A stretch of DNA of 63,369 nt, counting the filler, from Octopus bimaculoides (Eukaryota): assembly GCF_001194135.2 (NCBI RefSeq). It is 4 parts of 4 records of this genome, joined end to end, with 100 filler letters (N's around TTAATTAATTAA, not from the genome) between each part and the next. Parts side by side here need not be neighbours in the genome. Positions count along the whole stretch, not along the records: positions 23,075 to 54,333 come from NC_068982.1; positions 54,434 to 63,369 come from NC_069001.1; 2 more parts are not named here. One strand, written 5' to 3'. Under the pieces are notes generated by a model that saw nothing but the letters and a program-made list of their open reading frames with translations, did not search any database and had not been told where the DNA came from. Each line of letters begins with the position of its first letter. Position 1 is the stretch's first letter. Shown in pieces: positions 49,891-63,024 of this stretch. Position numbers and translations under genes: made by a program.

Positions 49891-49987
49891 ATACTACTAC
49901 TAATACTTTATTTAAAAAAAGATCTGAAATTAACTGTCTTCCCAACACTATAAACGAAAACGAAAACGTAACTGATGTAAGAACACC

Positions 49988-50040
49988 ACTAGCGTAGCTA
50001 GCGGAGGTAGTGGGGGGCAGTCCGTCCCGGGTGGCACTTT
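49988..50040 (+). mobile_element. hAT-like MITE 5' end
   Basis: cactagcgtagctagcggagg...ggggggcagtccgtcccgggtggcac resembles CAGTGGCGTAGCTAG-type termini. A matching degenerate 3' end (gtcccgggtggc...ctacgtcgctg) lies at ~6712-6737. Confidence 0.35.
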
Positions 50041-50139
50041 ATATATATATATATATATATATATNNNNNNNNNNNNNNNNNNNNNNNNNNNNNNNNNNNN
50101 NNNNNNNNNNNNNNNNNNNNNNNNNNNNNNNNNNNNNNN

Positions 50140-50285
50140 NACCAAGTCCTCTGATAAGGTTTTAGTCAGCCCGTGGCTATAGAAAAAAAAACACTTATCT
50201 TGGGTGCCACGCAGGGGAGCTGAACCTGAAACCATATGATTGGGAACTAAACTTCTTAGCGCACAGCCACGCCTGCGCCTATATG
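50140..50285 (-). mobile_element. SINE family A, 5' half
   Basis: accaagtcc...cttgggtgccacgcag...gcacagccacgcctgcgcc. Confidence 0.8.
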
Positions 50286-51264
50286 TTATATATTCGTACC
50301 ATATATGAAGCACAAATTTCACAACAGCAATTTATTTGTTTTGTGCTTAAAATTAAATATTCAATGCACTAAAAAATATTCGAAAACATTGTAAATTAGC
50401 AAATGATACTAAGTATGCAAAAAGTCGTGAAACCAGCAGGCTGTCAACAGTTTTGACATTATTGGGTGTCATCACCCGCTCACGTCCTTTACATTCATGC
50501 TCACTGACCTACTAAACTTAAAAGAAACTTACCAGTTTGGAACCATAATAACTGTCCCGATGAAAATGTCCCATCATACTGATCATCATTTATAATACAA
50601 ATGTCATTTGTATTTGTTATTTTTTAAAAACTTATCCTAGATAAAATCCATGGACTATGGTCTTTATGCTGACACTCAAGTGCATTTTAAATAATCATGC
50701 ATTTTATATAATTATGTAGGCGCAGACATGGTTGAAAAATTCGCTTTGCAAACACGTAGCTTAAGGTTCATTCGTATTGCGTGGTACTTTGGGCGATTGT
50801 GAATGAAAGTTAGTAGGCGGAAACAATACAGAATCTCGTCGTGTAATGTGTGTGCATGTCTGTGTATGTATATTATGTTATACTCTGTGTATGTGTGTGT
50901 GTGTGTGTATACACACTTTATAATTGAAAGACTCTTAATTCTAGTTCACCGAGTTTCACATTCCGATCACTGAGTCGGTAACCCGAGCTTGCTCTCTCTT
51001 GAATTATTGTTTGAATATATTCTGAAATATTATATGTAAGTTATGAAGAAAATACCAGAAAGGGTTGCTTCAAGCTCATGTTTTTCATTTCATTTTTGGC
51101 TGTCGTGGGAATACTCCAAACATCTTAAACTTAATTTCGGTGCGGTCATTCTAATAACTCTCCTAATGAATTTGCTTTGTTATTTAAGTAATATTTAACA
51201 GTAGCATTTTACAAACAATGTACGTGTGTTTTCACTTTTTGTGTGTATTCTTTTATTATTATTT

Positions 51265-51499
51265 TTTACTTGTTTTCAGTCATTTGACTGCGGCCATGCT
51301 GGAGCACTACCTTAAAGGGTTTTAGTCGAAGAAATCAGCCTCGGGACTTATTCTGTGTAAGCCTAGTACTATCGGTCTCTTTTGCCAAACTGCTAAGTTA
51401 CGGGGACGTAAACACACCACCATCGGTTGTCAAGCGATGATGGGGCACAAACACAGACAAAAAGACACACACATAAATATACATACATACATACATACA

Positions 51500-51532
<33 letters not shown>

Positions 51533-51658
51533 GTACGATGGGCTTCTTTCAGTTTCNNNNNNNNNNGTAAACACACCACCATCGGTTGTCAAGCGATGAT
51601 GGGGCACAAACACAGACAAAAAGACACACACATAAATATACATACATACATACATACA

Positions 51659-51691
<33 letters not shown>

Positions 51692-51780
51692 GTACGATGG
51701 GCTTCTTTCAGTTTCTGTTTACCAAATCCACTCACAAGGCTTTGGTCGGCCCGAGGCTATAGTAGAAAACACTTGCCCTG
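51265..51780 (-). mobile_element. SINE family A (internal part duplicated across a 10-N gap)
   Basis: Reverse of the family consensus; 51408-51556 is repeated at 51567-51715. Confidence 0.85.
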
Positions 51781-53164
51781 TGGTTAGGATGCAAGCGCTT
51801 ATAATTCCCCGAACCACTGGTGCTCACATAAAAGATATTTCGTTCAGTGCATACAAGGTGCTAACAACTCCGTCCTTTTGTTTGAAACAAGGTTTTTTTA
51901 AATTCTGTTTTGCCCAAATAAACGTTACATTACCTTTGTGATTTGAAATTAACATTCCTATATGGTTGTGCCTTATTTACAATCAACCAGACAACTTTGA
52001 ATTAATTTTCGAAGACTTGTCTCAGATAAGAACCATATAAATTTCGACTAAGTCGTGGAGAACTTTTTTTAGTGCTGAAAAATTTTTCTATTTATAAAAT
52101 CAGTTTTTGAATTTCAATTCAGTTAGCCTCAAATAATTTTTAAGTCGATGTTTGTTGTTTGTTTCCTCTTTAACGCTGTATAACATCGACTTTGCCAAAC
52201 AGTACCCATCTACTGGGCAATTCTCTCGAATTTTGTAGTTGCATAAGCGTTGTTGTTGGCCAGCTTTTGATTTTTTTTTTCATTCAGTTTTGTAGCCTTA
52301 TAACCTTTGATATACCAACCAAAATTCTTACTAGCTGAATAACTAACCCCATAATAATTATGCCTTGGTAGAAAATGGTAATTTAGTAGATAAAGGAATT
52401 CCATAGCTATATTAGTTATTACTGTTTACTTAAATACAGAGCTGTACCGTAGAAGATTCTCTTATTTATTCATATTCTTACACTCTGCATTCCCAGAATT
52501 CTTTTTAAGTATCTGATCTTATCTGAGGATCCACTATTTCTTAACGCTTCATTGTAATATTATGTTGTCCCTATAAAAGCATCTTCCTCAGAAGATATCG
52601 AGGATATCCGTTTACTAATGTTGTCAATCAGGCTTCTCATGGTACAGGATGGGTGATACGATTGCCTATATACGTATACTAATGTCTTATTTGGTTTGTA
52701 GTATGGTCTGAAACTAATATCATCTAGTTTCAACGTTTGTAAAGAAAATAAACAGCGTGAGTCCTATTACCTAAAATACTTTGATTAAATTTTACCTTAA
52801 TATATCTAGTATAACCGTTGCAGTTTTCCAATGTAAACCACAATCAATTCTAGAAAACTTTCCTTGATAAATCTACAATCTATAGCCTTATATATTCTAC
52901 GGATGTGTGAATGGATAGACAAACACACACACCCACAAATACGTTCACACACATATGTATGTATGCATACAGAGATACAGACAAACATATATGTGTGCGT
53001 GTGATATGTCTGTGACATATCTTTAAACTGCTTAAAATGAGAGTTGCTGTTTACATCCCGAAAAATAAGTAGCAGACGCATATGTGTACTGAGGTTGATT
53101 ATTATTGAATACACAAATCGTTGAAGTTCGTGCTACAGCATGGCTGCAGTTCAATTATCGGAAC

Positions 53165-53183
53165 AAATAATAATAATAAAAAT

Positions 53184-53233
<50 letters not shown>

Positions 53234-53410
53234 GAAGAAGAAAAAAGAGGAGAAGGAGGAGGGTTGAACTGTATCAAGATTTTATCTACCATTTTGGCAC
53301 AGACACTTATAGACATCTCGTGGTTATGAATCCAGATGTTCATAGACACAATAAGTTGCGTTTTATCATTCATATATTATATATATATATATACTTGCTT
53401 ATACACATAC

Positions 53411-53468
<58 letters not shown>

Positions 53469-53587
53469 NNNNNNNNNNNNNNNNNNNNNNNNNNNNNNNN
53501 NNNNNNNNNNNNNNNNNNNNNNNNNNNNNNNNNNNNNNNNNNNNNNNNNNNNNNNNNNNNNNNNNNNNNNNNNNNNNNNNNNNNNNN

Positions 53588-53626
<39 letters not shown>

Positions 53627-54122
53627 ATATATATATATATCTGCAAATGCCTACAAGCATATGCATATATTGGGACTTTAATTTCCCTTTAATGTAACAC
53701 TGACCCATGTGTCAACTTAAATTATGTTAATATATGCAGATGTATGTAGTTACAGCTAGTGGAACCACATTGCCGGTCGGCTATTAGATAACAGGGCGTC
53801 AAGATTCTTGATTAAAGGTACTTGGTATATTTTGGTCATATCATATTAATAGTCAAATATACTTCCACACATGTAAGCTCACGCATATCAAATGATGGGT
53901 CATGAGAAGAAAAACATAGGTGTGTCACTGCATACGAGTGCATTTGTGTGAATGATATATACAGAAGTGTAGCTAATGTCCACGAAACGCATATACACAT
54001 TCACATATAAAGTTATTATCATGAATGCGCATAAACAAATGTACGGGCATACATTCGTATGCTTTTGTGGACACACTAACAAAAACACAAACACCCACAC
54101 ACATACATACATGTATGTATGC

Positions 54123-54161
<39 letters not shown>

Positions 54162-54279
54162 CACACAGAAAAAATATTTCTCCCTATACATACGTACATG
54201 CATGCTTACATTACATACATACAAACATCGACACACATATATATGTATGTATACAAGATATCATATTAACACACACACA

Positions 54280-54333
<54 letters not shown>

Positions 54334-55499
54334 NNNNNNNNNNNNNNNNNNNNNNNNNNNNNNNNNNNNNNNNNNNNTTAATTAATTAANNNNNNNNNNN
54401 NNNNNNNNNNNNNNNNNNNNNNNNNNNNNNNNNGTGTACGTATGTATGTATGTTTGTATGTATATCTTTGTGTGTGATGCAAATTGATAATGTGCACATG
54501 CACACATATAGACATGCATATAAATATATGGATATGTAAATGTGTGCGAGTGTGCATTGTAGTTGTTAAGTGACAGATAGGAACCAACAGTTAGAGATAA
54601 AAGGACTCAATACCAGTGACAAAGTGGAATATATTACATACAGGTGTTCACAGAGACTTCAAGATTTGTTTCTTGAGTTATTTGCATACTGCTACATGCA
54701 TTCATACATACATACACACAGACATACATACATGCATGCATACATACATACGGCGAGCTGGCAGAAATGTTAGCACGCCGGGCGAAATGCTAAGTGGTAT
54801 TTCGTCTGTCTTTACATTTTGAGTTCAAATACCTCCGAGGTCGACTTCGCCTTTCATCCTTTCAGGATCGATAAATTAAGTACCTGTTACGCACTGGGGT
54901 CGATAGAATCGACTTAATCCGTTTGTCTGCCCTTGTTTGTCCCCTCTATGTTTAGCCCCTTGTGGGTAGTAAAGAAATAATACATACATACATACATACA
55001 TATATGCATACATACATACATGTACATGTGTGTGTGTTTCTCTGTGTGTGTTCCTCTGTGTGTGTGTATGTATGTATGTATGTGTATTTCTGTGTGTGTG
55101 TGGGGGGGGGTGCTCCTGTGTTTCTCTGTGTGTGTGTTTGTGCATGTGTGCATACATATGCATTGGTAAACACAAATGCACATTCCATAGATATATTCTA
55201 CTCTCCTCCCTCTCTCTCTCTCTCTCATTGCTTCTCTACTCCTCTCTCGCATTGATCTTTTTCTCTTTCTCTCACTGCTTCTCTTTCCTTTCTCTCACTG
55301 TTTTGCTCTCTCTTTCTCTCATTGTTTCTCTCTTTCTCTCTCTCTCCCTCTCCAGGCGTTTCTTTCTCCTTCTCTCTCACTGTTACCCTTTACACAAGCA
55401 TTCATTCCCCCCCCACACACACACACTGGTACACTCACTCACTCATATACACATTGTTTACTATCTTACTCTCACTGTCTCTCTTACTATTTCACTGCA

Positions 55500-55534
<35 letters not shown>

Positions 55535-56368
55535 AACACACACACACTTCTTGCTTATTATCTCTCTCTCTCCCATTGTCCTTTCTAGTGCTCTTGCTCT
55601 CATGCTCTCTCTTTCTCTCTCTGTTTCTATCTATCTCTCTCTCTCTGTCTCTCTCTTTCACACACTCCTTATTGACCATTTCTTGCTCTCCTACTGTCTC
55701 TCTTCATTACTTCCTCTCTCTCTCTCACACACACACACACACCTCTGCAAAAACATGCACAAACACCTTGTCTTTATATCTCTTCCTCTNNNNNNNNNNN
55801 NNNNNNNNNNNNNNNNNNNNNNNNNNNNNNNNNNNNNNNNNNNNNNNNNNNNNNNNNNNNNNNNNNNNNNNNNNNNNNNNNNNNNNNNNNNNNNNNNNNN
55901 NNNNNNNNNNNNNNNNNNNNNNNNNNNNNNNNNNNNNNNNNNNNNNNNNNNNNNNNNNNNNNNNNNNNNNNNNNNNNNNNNNNNNNNNNNNNNNNNNNNN
56001 NNNNNNNNNNNNNNNNNNNNNNNNNNNNNNNNNNNNNNNNNNNNNNNNNNNNNNNNNNNNNNNNNNNNNNNNNNNNNNNNNNNNNNNNNNNNNNNNNNNN
56101 NNNNNNNNNNNNNNNNNNNNNNNNNNNNNNNNNNNNNNNNNNNNNNNNNNNNNNNNNNNNNNNNNNNNNNNNNNNNNNNNNNNNNNNNNNNNNNNNNNNN
56201 NNNNNNNNNNNNNNNNNNNNNNNNNNNNNNNNNNNNNNNNNNNNNNNNNNNNNNNNNNNNNNNNNNNNNNNNNNNNNNNNNNNNNNNNNNNNNNNNNNNN
56301 NNNNNNNNNNNNNNNNNNNNNNNNNNNNNNNNNNNNNNNNNNNNNNNNNNNNNNNNNNNNNNNNNNNN

Positions 56369-56426
<58 letters not shown>

Positions 56427-56842
56427 ATATATAAACTCACACATATCAAGCTGATACACAGATATCAAAGGCAACAACTAGGAACCCTCTACATGTTCTT
56501 CTCGACGTGCTAGAAATAGCAGCAAAGATATCTTTTAAATCGCATACACTGTATAAGGAAAGTGGAAGGATCCATTGGATAATGTTGCACCAGTAACACT
56601 ATGTCTCCAGGAAAAAATTGGATTGGTCATGGCTGGAGTGCCTTTGATCACAGGTCTTTTGGTCTTGGGTTGACCTAGGGCTAAATACTAAGGACAACAG
56701 TTAGCAGTAATATCATACAAATACACATAGATACACATAAATACATATACATATACACACACGCATATGTGTATACATATACACAAACACATACGCACAC
56801 ATATATATATATACATAAATACAAAAACACGCGCACACATAT

Positions 56843-56911
<69 letters not shown>

Positions 56912-57240
56912 TACACACATTAACATACACAGGCACAAACACATATACTGACACACACACATACACACACACATGCATACATGCATTGACATACATGCAT
57001 TGACACACTGACATACAGACACAGTGACACACACACACACACACGCACACACACACAGATATATACTTACATGAACACACACACATACACATATATATAT
57101 ATATATATATATACTTATACACACACACGTGCACACATACATACACGTGGTTAAACGTAGTCACACACACACATACATATTCTAACAAACATACACACTG
57201 ACACACATACTTATACACACACACACGCGGATAGATAGAG
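53165..57240. repeat. Extended microsatellite-rich region ((AAT)n, (CA)n, (TA)n, (CATA)n, (CT)n) with several gaps
   Basis: Directly visible; the source of most spurious ORFs here. Confidence 0.9.
54745..54980 (+). mobile_element. SINE family B, long-tail subfamily
   Basis: Family B head and body with the alternative tail aatccgtttgtctgcccttgtttgtcccctctatgtttagccccttgtgggtagtaaagaaata. Confidence 0.9.
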
Positions 57241-57582
57241 ATGGCATCCATTGTGCGAATTACGGAGCTGAACCAAAAACCTTTACAAGTAATTCTTTCG
57301 GGACAAAAACAGGACGAGACAATCACAGCAGAGAAGGAGAAAGAGAGAGCAAAGGAAAAAGAGAAAGAGAAGAAGGAAGGACCAGTAAGGGCTGCCAGTT
57401 GTAATACCAGCAAGACTGACCCACATGGGAAGGCAGTGAATCCACACCAAGATCATACCTGCCTGCAATCACAGGTGGGCCAGGTAGAAAGTTGTGAAAA
57501 CAAGGAAAAATGTAACCGTGGGCCACATCGACCCCAAATCAGTTCTGCTGATACTCCTAGAAGAATGGTAAGACCCTTTTAA
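57241..57582 (+). other. Unexplained 113-codon K/E-rich ORF with possible splice sites
   Basis: True ATG, non-repetitive, higher GC than the flanks. ATG|gtaaga donor at 57568 and tttcag| acceptor at 57653. No family recognised. Confidence 0.25.
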
Positions 57583-57854
57583 ATATTCAAGTTATTTAAA
57601 ATACTCAAAACTGAAAAGTATAAAAGGAGAAAGGCTCTTGTCTTATGTTTCAGGCACCCGTGGCATTTAGGGTTTTTTCCATGAGTAACCCTTAAAGTGT
57701 CTCCCTCTATTGGGAGATTTTTACTTGTTACATTGTTTTATTATCACATATTTACACAGATCTCTTTTTTTTTTTTGTGTTGTCCTGTAATCTTTTTGAT
57801 TTATTTTAGCCCTCTTGGCCAATTAAAGAATTAATTATTGTAATCATGGTTTTC

Positions 57855-58050
57855 AAAGCTGGCAGAGTCGTTAGCATGACAGGCAAAATGCTTAGTAGCA
57901 TGTTGTCTGTTTATACGTTCTGAGTTCAAATCCCACTAAGGTTGACTTTGCCTTTCATCCTTTCAGAGTTAAGGAAGTAAGTACCAGTTGAGTACTGGGG
58001 TCGATGTAATCAATTAGTCCCCTACCCCAAATCTCAGGCCCTGATTATTA
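57855..58050 (+). mobile_element. SINE family B
   Basis: aagctggcagagtcgttagc...ctgagttcaaatccc...ctcaggccctg. Confidence 0.8.
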
Positions 58051-58233
58051 TTACAACCTTTTAAAATTACTCTTGATATTTGTATGGCCGGGTGTCTAAG
58101 AATCCCACTTTGTGACCACATGGTTTGGGATTCGCCCCCACCCCTCAATTCAAGTATCATAAAAGCATGAAACTGTTAGTAGCTCTTTCAATTGTGTATT
58201 AAATTAATATACATACATACATACATACATACA

Positions 58234-58285
<52 letters not shown>

Positions 58286-58373
58286 CAATTAGATCGACCC
58301 CAGTACGCAACTAGTACCTAATTTATCGACCCCGAAAGGATGAAAGGCAAAGTTGTCTAGATGTATGTTGCTA

Positions 58374-59308
58374 AAAAGCACAGAAGTATCAGTATGTTAT
58401 GAAAATCGCTCAGCAGCAGCAGAGAAATTGTTAGATTAAGGATTTCTGCATAATTGCACATCATCAGTAGCAGGTATCCACTATCAACCACACACTTAAT
58501 AAATATTTCATTAAAACATACAATAAACATCGCTGTATACATTATAAACATTACGTTTATACATACACACACATATATGTGAGTGTGTGTGTGTATAAAC
58601 ATTGTTATATATTTAATGTTAGATATTTTATTAAAACAAACAAAATAAAACATCAACAAAACCATCGTTGAATAATTTCAGTAAAAAGAAAATACAAAAT
58701 TCGCCCTCTTTTCTGCTTGCCCTAGCCAACACTTGTTCAATAATAAAATCAGTCAATAAATAAATAAAATTAACAAGAGAGATATTGTGGCGATGGACAA
58801 AAATAAATAAATAATACAGGAGATGAAGAAATGCGATAAAGATTGAACTAAATCTTACACATCACTGAGCATTTAATGGCTTCCACCCTTGTCTTTTTCG
58901 TTCTTTGTTGTTTTCTAATTTATTGTTGAAATTATTTCATATCCGTGTCATCCTCTCGTCTCCGTCTTACGTCCTCCCCTTCCTTCTCTTCCTCCTCTCT
59001 CTCTCTTTTTCCATCTTTTACTCTTCTTTGGACTCTGTTTTAATAAAATATTTAATGTTGAATATCTAAGAACAATGCTTATACACACATACACACACAA
59101 AAATATATGTGTGTGTGTGTGTATAAACATGATGTTTATAATGTATACAGCAATGTTGCATGCTTTAATCAAATATTTATTAAGTGTGTCGTTGATAGTG
59201 GATACCTGCTACTGATGATGTGCAATTACGCAGAAGTCCTTAATCTAACAATTTCTCTTCTGTTGCTGCTGAGCGATTTCCATCAGATACTGATACTTCT
59301 GTGCTTTT
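58374..59308. repeat. Long inverted duplication (arms ~58374-58634 and ~59036-59308) with hammerhead-like motifs (family H4)
   Basis: The arms are reverse complements; the ORF track shows a near-identical peptide on opposite strands. ~400-bp spacer. Confidence 0.9.
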
Positions 59309-59692
59309 CTATGTCATCTTTTCATCTCTCCCTGCCTTGCTCCCCTTCCTTTCCCTTGTCCTCTTTATCCTCCTCCACTCCTTCTTCTGCTAATCCCCGC
59401 TCTCTCTCTCTCTCCTTTCCTTTCTTCCTCTGTTTTGTACTGTTTCTTCACTCTGCCCAATAGATTTCTTATGTCACTCTCTCTCTCTCTCTAATCTCCC
59501 AAGTTTCACACCACCCTCCTCTCCCTCTCTGTCGCTTTCTGTCGGTGTCTATGCCTGGCCTGCCTGTCCGTCTTTCCCTCGCTTCCTCTCTCTATGCATC
59601 TCTCTCATCCTCCCTCTTTCTCTCCATCTCTCTCTCACTGTTCCTTCACTCTGCTCTATATTTCCTATCTATGTCACCTTCTCATGTAAAGA

Positions 59693-59915
59693 CTTATGGC
59701 TCAGTGGTTAGAGCATTGGGTTCACAATCATGAGGTAGTGAGTTCAATTCCCAGACCGGGCTGCGTGTTGTGTTCTTGAGCAAGACACTTTATTTCACGT
59801 TGCTCCAGTTCACTCAGCTGTAGAAATGAGTTGCCACATCACTGGTGCCAAGCTGTGTCAGCCCCTTTGCCTTTCCCTTGGATAACATCAGTGGCATGGA
59901 GAGGGGAGGCTGGTA
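59693..59915 (+). mobile_element. tRNA-derived SINE family C with CORE-like body
   Basis: tggctcagtggttagagc (A box), gagttcaattccc (B box), then ttgagcaagacactt...cagttcactcagctgtagaaatg, resembling the CORE domain. Confidence 0.75.
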
Positions 59916-60419
59916 TGCATTTTTTTGTCCCCTCCTCCTCTACTATCTTGATCCCCTCTCTTCTTCCTCTTCCAACCCTCTCCCTCCCTTCACCCTGCAC
60001 ACCCTCTCACACAGTCTGTCTCTCTCTCTTTCGCTGTTCCTTGGCTCTGTTATAGATTTACCTATGACACCTCATCTCCCTCTACTCCTCCCGCTCACCT
60101 TCCTGTTTCTCCCTCCCTCTCTCTCTTCCCCCCCCCTCTCTTTCTTAGTTGTCTCACTCTTCACTCTGTTAGATTATTTAGCAGCAAGCAGTGACGGATG
60201 AAGATGATTTTTCAGTGAATCAGAGTGGAACCAAATGGCTAGACTTGACCAGACTGGACAGTTAGAGAATTGATCTGTTGTTTCACGAATCATGGTTCAA
60301 ATACTATTATTGATATTGTTTTTCTGTTGATGTTCCCATTTTAATAAACTGTTTTCTGTCTGTCTGTCTGTGTATATATGTGTGTGTGTATCTATGTATG
60401 TATGAATGTATGTATGTCT

Positions 60420-60870
60420 GGATAGAGTAACTGCAGGTTTCTCAATAGTTCAGCAAGGGTATTCTCTTTCTCACTGATCTTCAGCTTTTTGTTAGCATCT
60501 GCTGGGCAAAACTGTACATTGTTTCTCTTCTTTGTCTCAAATCATTATATCAGGTCTATTGTCCTTATATTATTTTATTGAGGTTTTCACTGGGTCATTC
60601 CACCAGTACCCCTTTTTTATTATGTATGGCTATGGCTTCCACCATACTGTGGGTTCTTATTTATTTGTCCTTGAGTTATCCTTTCAACAGATATCCTTAT
60701 ACAGTGTCCTAGGTACAACATGTCTCATTGGTAGATAATACTGTGGTGATATTTTCAGACAACTGCTTCTGATGTGGGTGATATCTTCAGTGTGAACTCC
60801 ACAAAGTCTGCATCAGTTGTCCCATTTTACTGCTTTTCCTACATCTCTGTCCCTTTTGTGCATCAGGTAC
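60420..60870 (-). mobile_element. R4/Dong family R4-b 3' fragment
   Basis: Clear similarity to 46940-47380 (ttatcaggtctattg..., gactttgtggagtt). Confidence 0.85.
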
Positions 60871-61579
60871 TTGGTTGACGCCACACAGGCACTCTTACAT
60901 GGCACTGCATGGGCGGTTTTTTGTGGCCCCACATGGGTGCTTTTACATGGCACAACTACAAGTGCTTTACACCACCAGAGGGACACACACGTGCATATTT
61001 CTCAACATGCTTGACCTCAGTTTCCATTCCAAGTCAGCATTGTCATTCATTGTCCACTGACATTGTCCAGTTATTTAACTTATTTCATCACACCCTACCC
61101 NNNNNNNNNNNNNNNNNNNNNNNNNNNNNNNNNNNNNNNNNNNNNNNNNNNNNNNNNNNNNNNNNNNNNNNNNNNNNNNNNNNNNNNNNNNNNNNNNNNN
61201 NNNNNNNNNNNNNNNNNNNNNNNNNNNNNNNNNNNNNNNNCCCACCCCACACACACACTACCACCACTACCCTAACCTGACCCTCTCCCCCTCCACATCC
61301 CACTGCATCTCCTATGCAAACAAGGCAACACCACCCCACCCCACCCCAGCCCAGCCCAGCCCAGGGGCCTTTCTTGACAGGAAGCAGTTAATGAATGTAG
61401 TAATTGATACTAACGAACTTCACGCCAATAAGAGTACAATGGCACGAAAGTTAGTCAATAACAAGTGCAACTGTACTGGAAGTCAATTAACAGTGCAGGT
61501 GTACTGAGATTATATATATCAATAAAGAATATGGCTACTCTTCATTTGAAGTATTTGACAAAAAAAAAAAAGAGTATGG

Positions 61580-62150
61580 CCGACTGAGGCTACACATCAG
61601 AATTTTAACTCAGGACACAAAAACTGACGAAATACTGCTAAGCATTTTGTCTGATATGTAAATGATTTTGCTAGGCCATTCTTTCTGCTATAGGCACAGG
61701 CCCTGAAATCTTGAGGGGGGGGGGGGACACGCTGATTATATCAACACTCCCTGTTTTTCTATTTTATCATCCATGAGTAGATAAAAGGTGAAGTCGGGAC
61801 CCCACAGTATTTGAACTTAAATATTTTTGTCTGATGACGTAACAATTCTGCCAGCTTGTCCAATAACAATAACAATGATAATAAAAATAACAATAATGAT
61901 AATAATAATCATAATAATAATTTCTTTCTTTATTGCCCACAGGGGGGGTTAAACATAGAGGGGACAAACAAGGACAGACAAAGGGATTAAGTCGATTACA
62001 TTGACCCCAGTGTGTAACTGGTACTTATTTAATTGACCCTGAAAGGATGAAAGGCAAAGTTGACCTCGGTGGAATTTGAACTCAGAACATTCTGACAGAC
62101 AAAATGCCACAAAGCTTTTTGCCCAACATGCTAGCAATTCTGCCAACTCA
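61580..62150 (-). mobile_element. Three SINE family B copies, the last of the long-tail subfamily (61920-62150)
   Basis: Family B blocks; tail tttattgcccacagggggg.taaacatagaggggacaaacaagg. Confidence 0.8.
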
Positions 62151-62178
62151 GCACTTTGACAACAACAATGCTGATGAG

Positions 62179-62239
<61 letters not shown>

Positions 62240-62734
62240 TAATAGAGACCCTCACACATACATGCACACGCACACATACATGCACACACACACACACATA
62301 CACATATAGTAAGCAAAATAAATGTTCATCTTCAATGATAGATGCAGTCCATCTCCATTACATCAATATTATGTGCTCTTCCAGTCAGTAATTCTGTATG
62401 AAAGGAAATCTCACTAATCGAATATCAGAAGAGGTAGAGAGAATCCAAATGAATCAATGAGATGCTTTTCTTCATCACTTGTAATGACATGTTTTGACAA
62501 CAGCTTCTTCTGTCCGTCTCCTGTGGGAATCTAATCTATAAACTGGCTGCGATTGGCCTATATTGTTGGCTCCTAGAAGGCCTGCTCCCTTCAAGCTGGT
62601 TTTTGAATGGTTCTAGTCATGCTTGCTCTATATTCTGCAGGGCTATGATTGGTCAGTTTTATTGGATCCGGAAAGCTTCTCTCCTATAACCACCTGTGTG
62701 ACTATCTTCTATCCTTTATCTTCTTTTCTTTTCT

Positions 62735-62965
62735 TTTTTTTATTTGTTTCAGTCACTGCACTGTGGCCATACTGGGGCACCACCTTGAAAGGTTTTAGCA
62801 AGACAAATTGACTCCAGTTTTTTTTTTGTTTGTTTTCTTTTGTTGTTTTTGAACTCTATTACTTACTCTGTTGATCTCTTTTTGTAAACCGCTAAGTTAT
62901 AGGGACATAAACAAACCAGCAATGGTTGTCATGCAGGGGGGGGAGGACAAATACAAAGATACACA
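62735..62965 (-). mobile_element. SINE family A, 3' half
   Basis: tttgtttcagtcactgcactgtggccat...ccgctaagttatagggac. Confidence 0.75.
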
Positions 62966-63024
62966 CACATATACACATATACATACATATATGTATATAT
63001 AATAAACATATATATATATAATAA

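Noticed and set aside
50533-50578. Minus-strand segment ending in a perfect CTG|gtaagt donor
   Set aside because: The acceptor is weak, upstream frames are closed, and there is no recognisable product.
51408-51715. ~149-bp tandem duplication inside a SINE
   Set aside because: The copies are identical and separated only by 10 N; assembly artefact.
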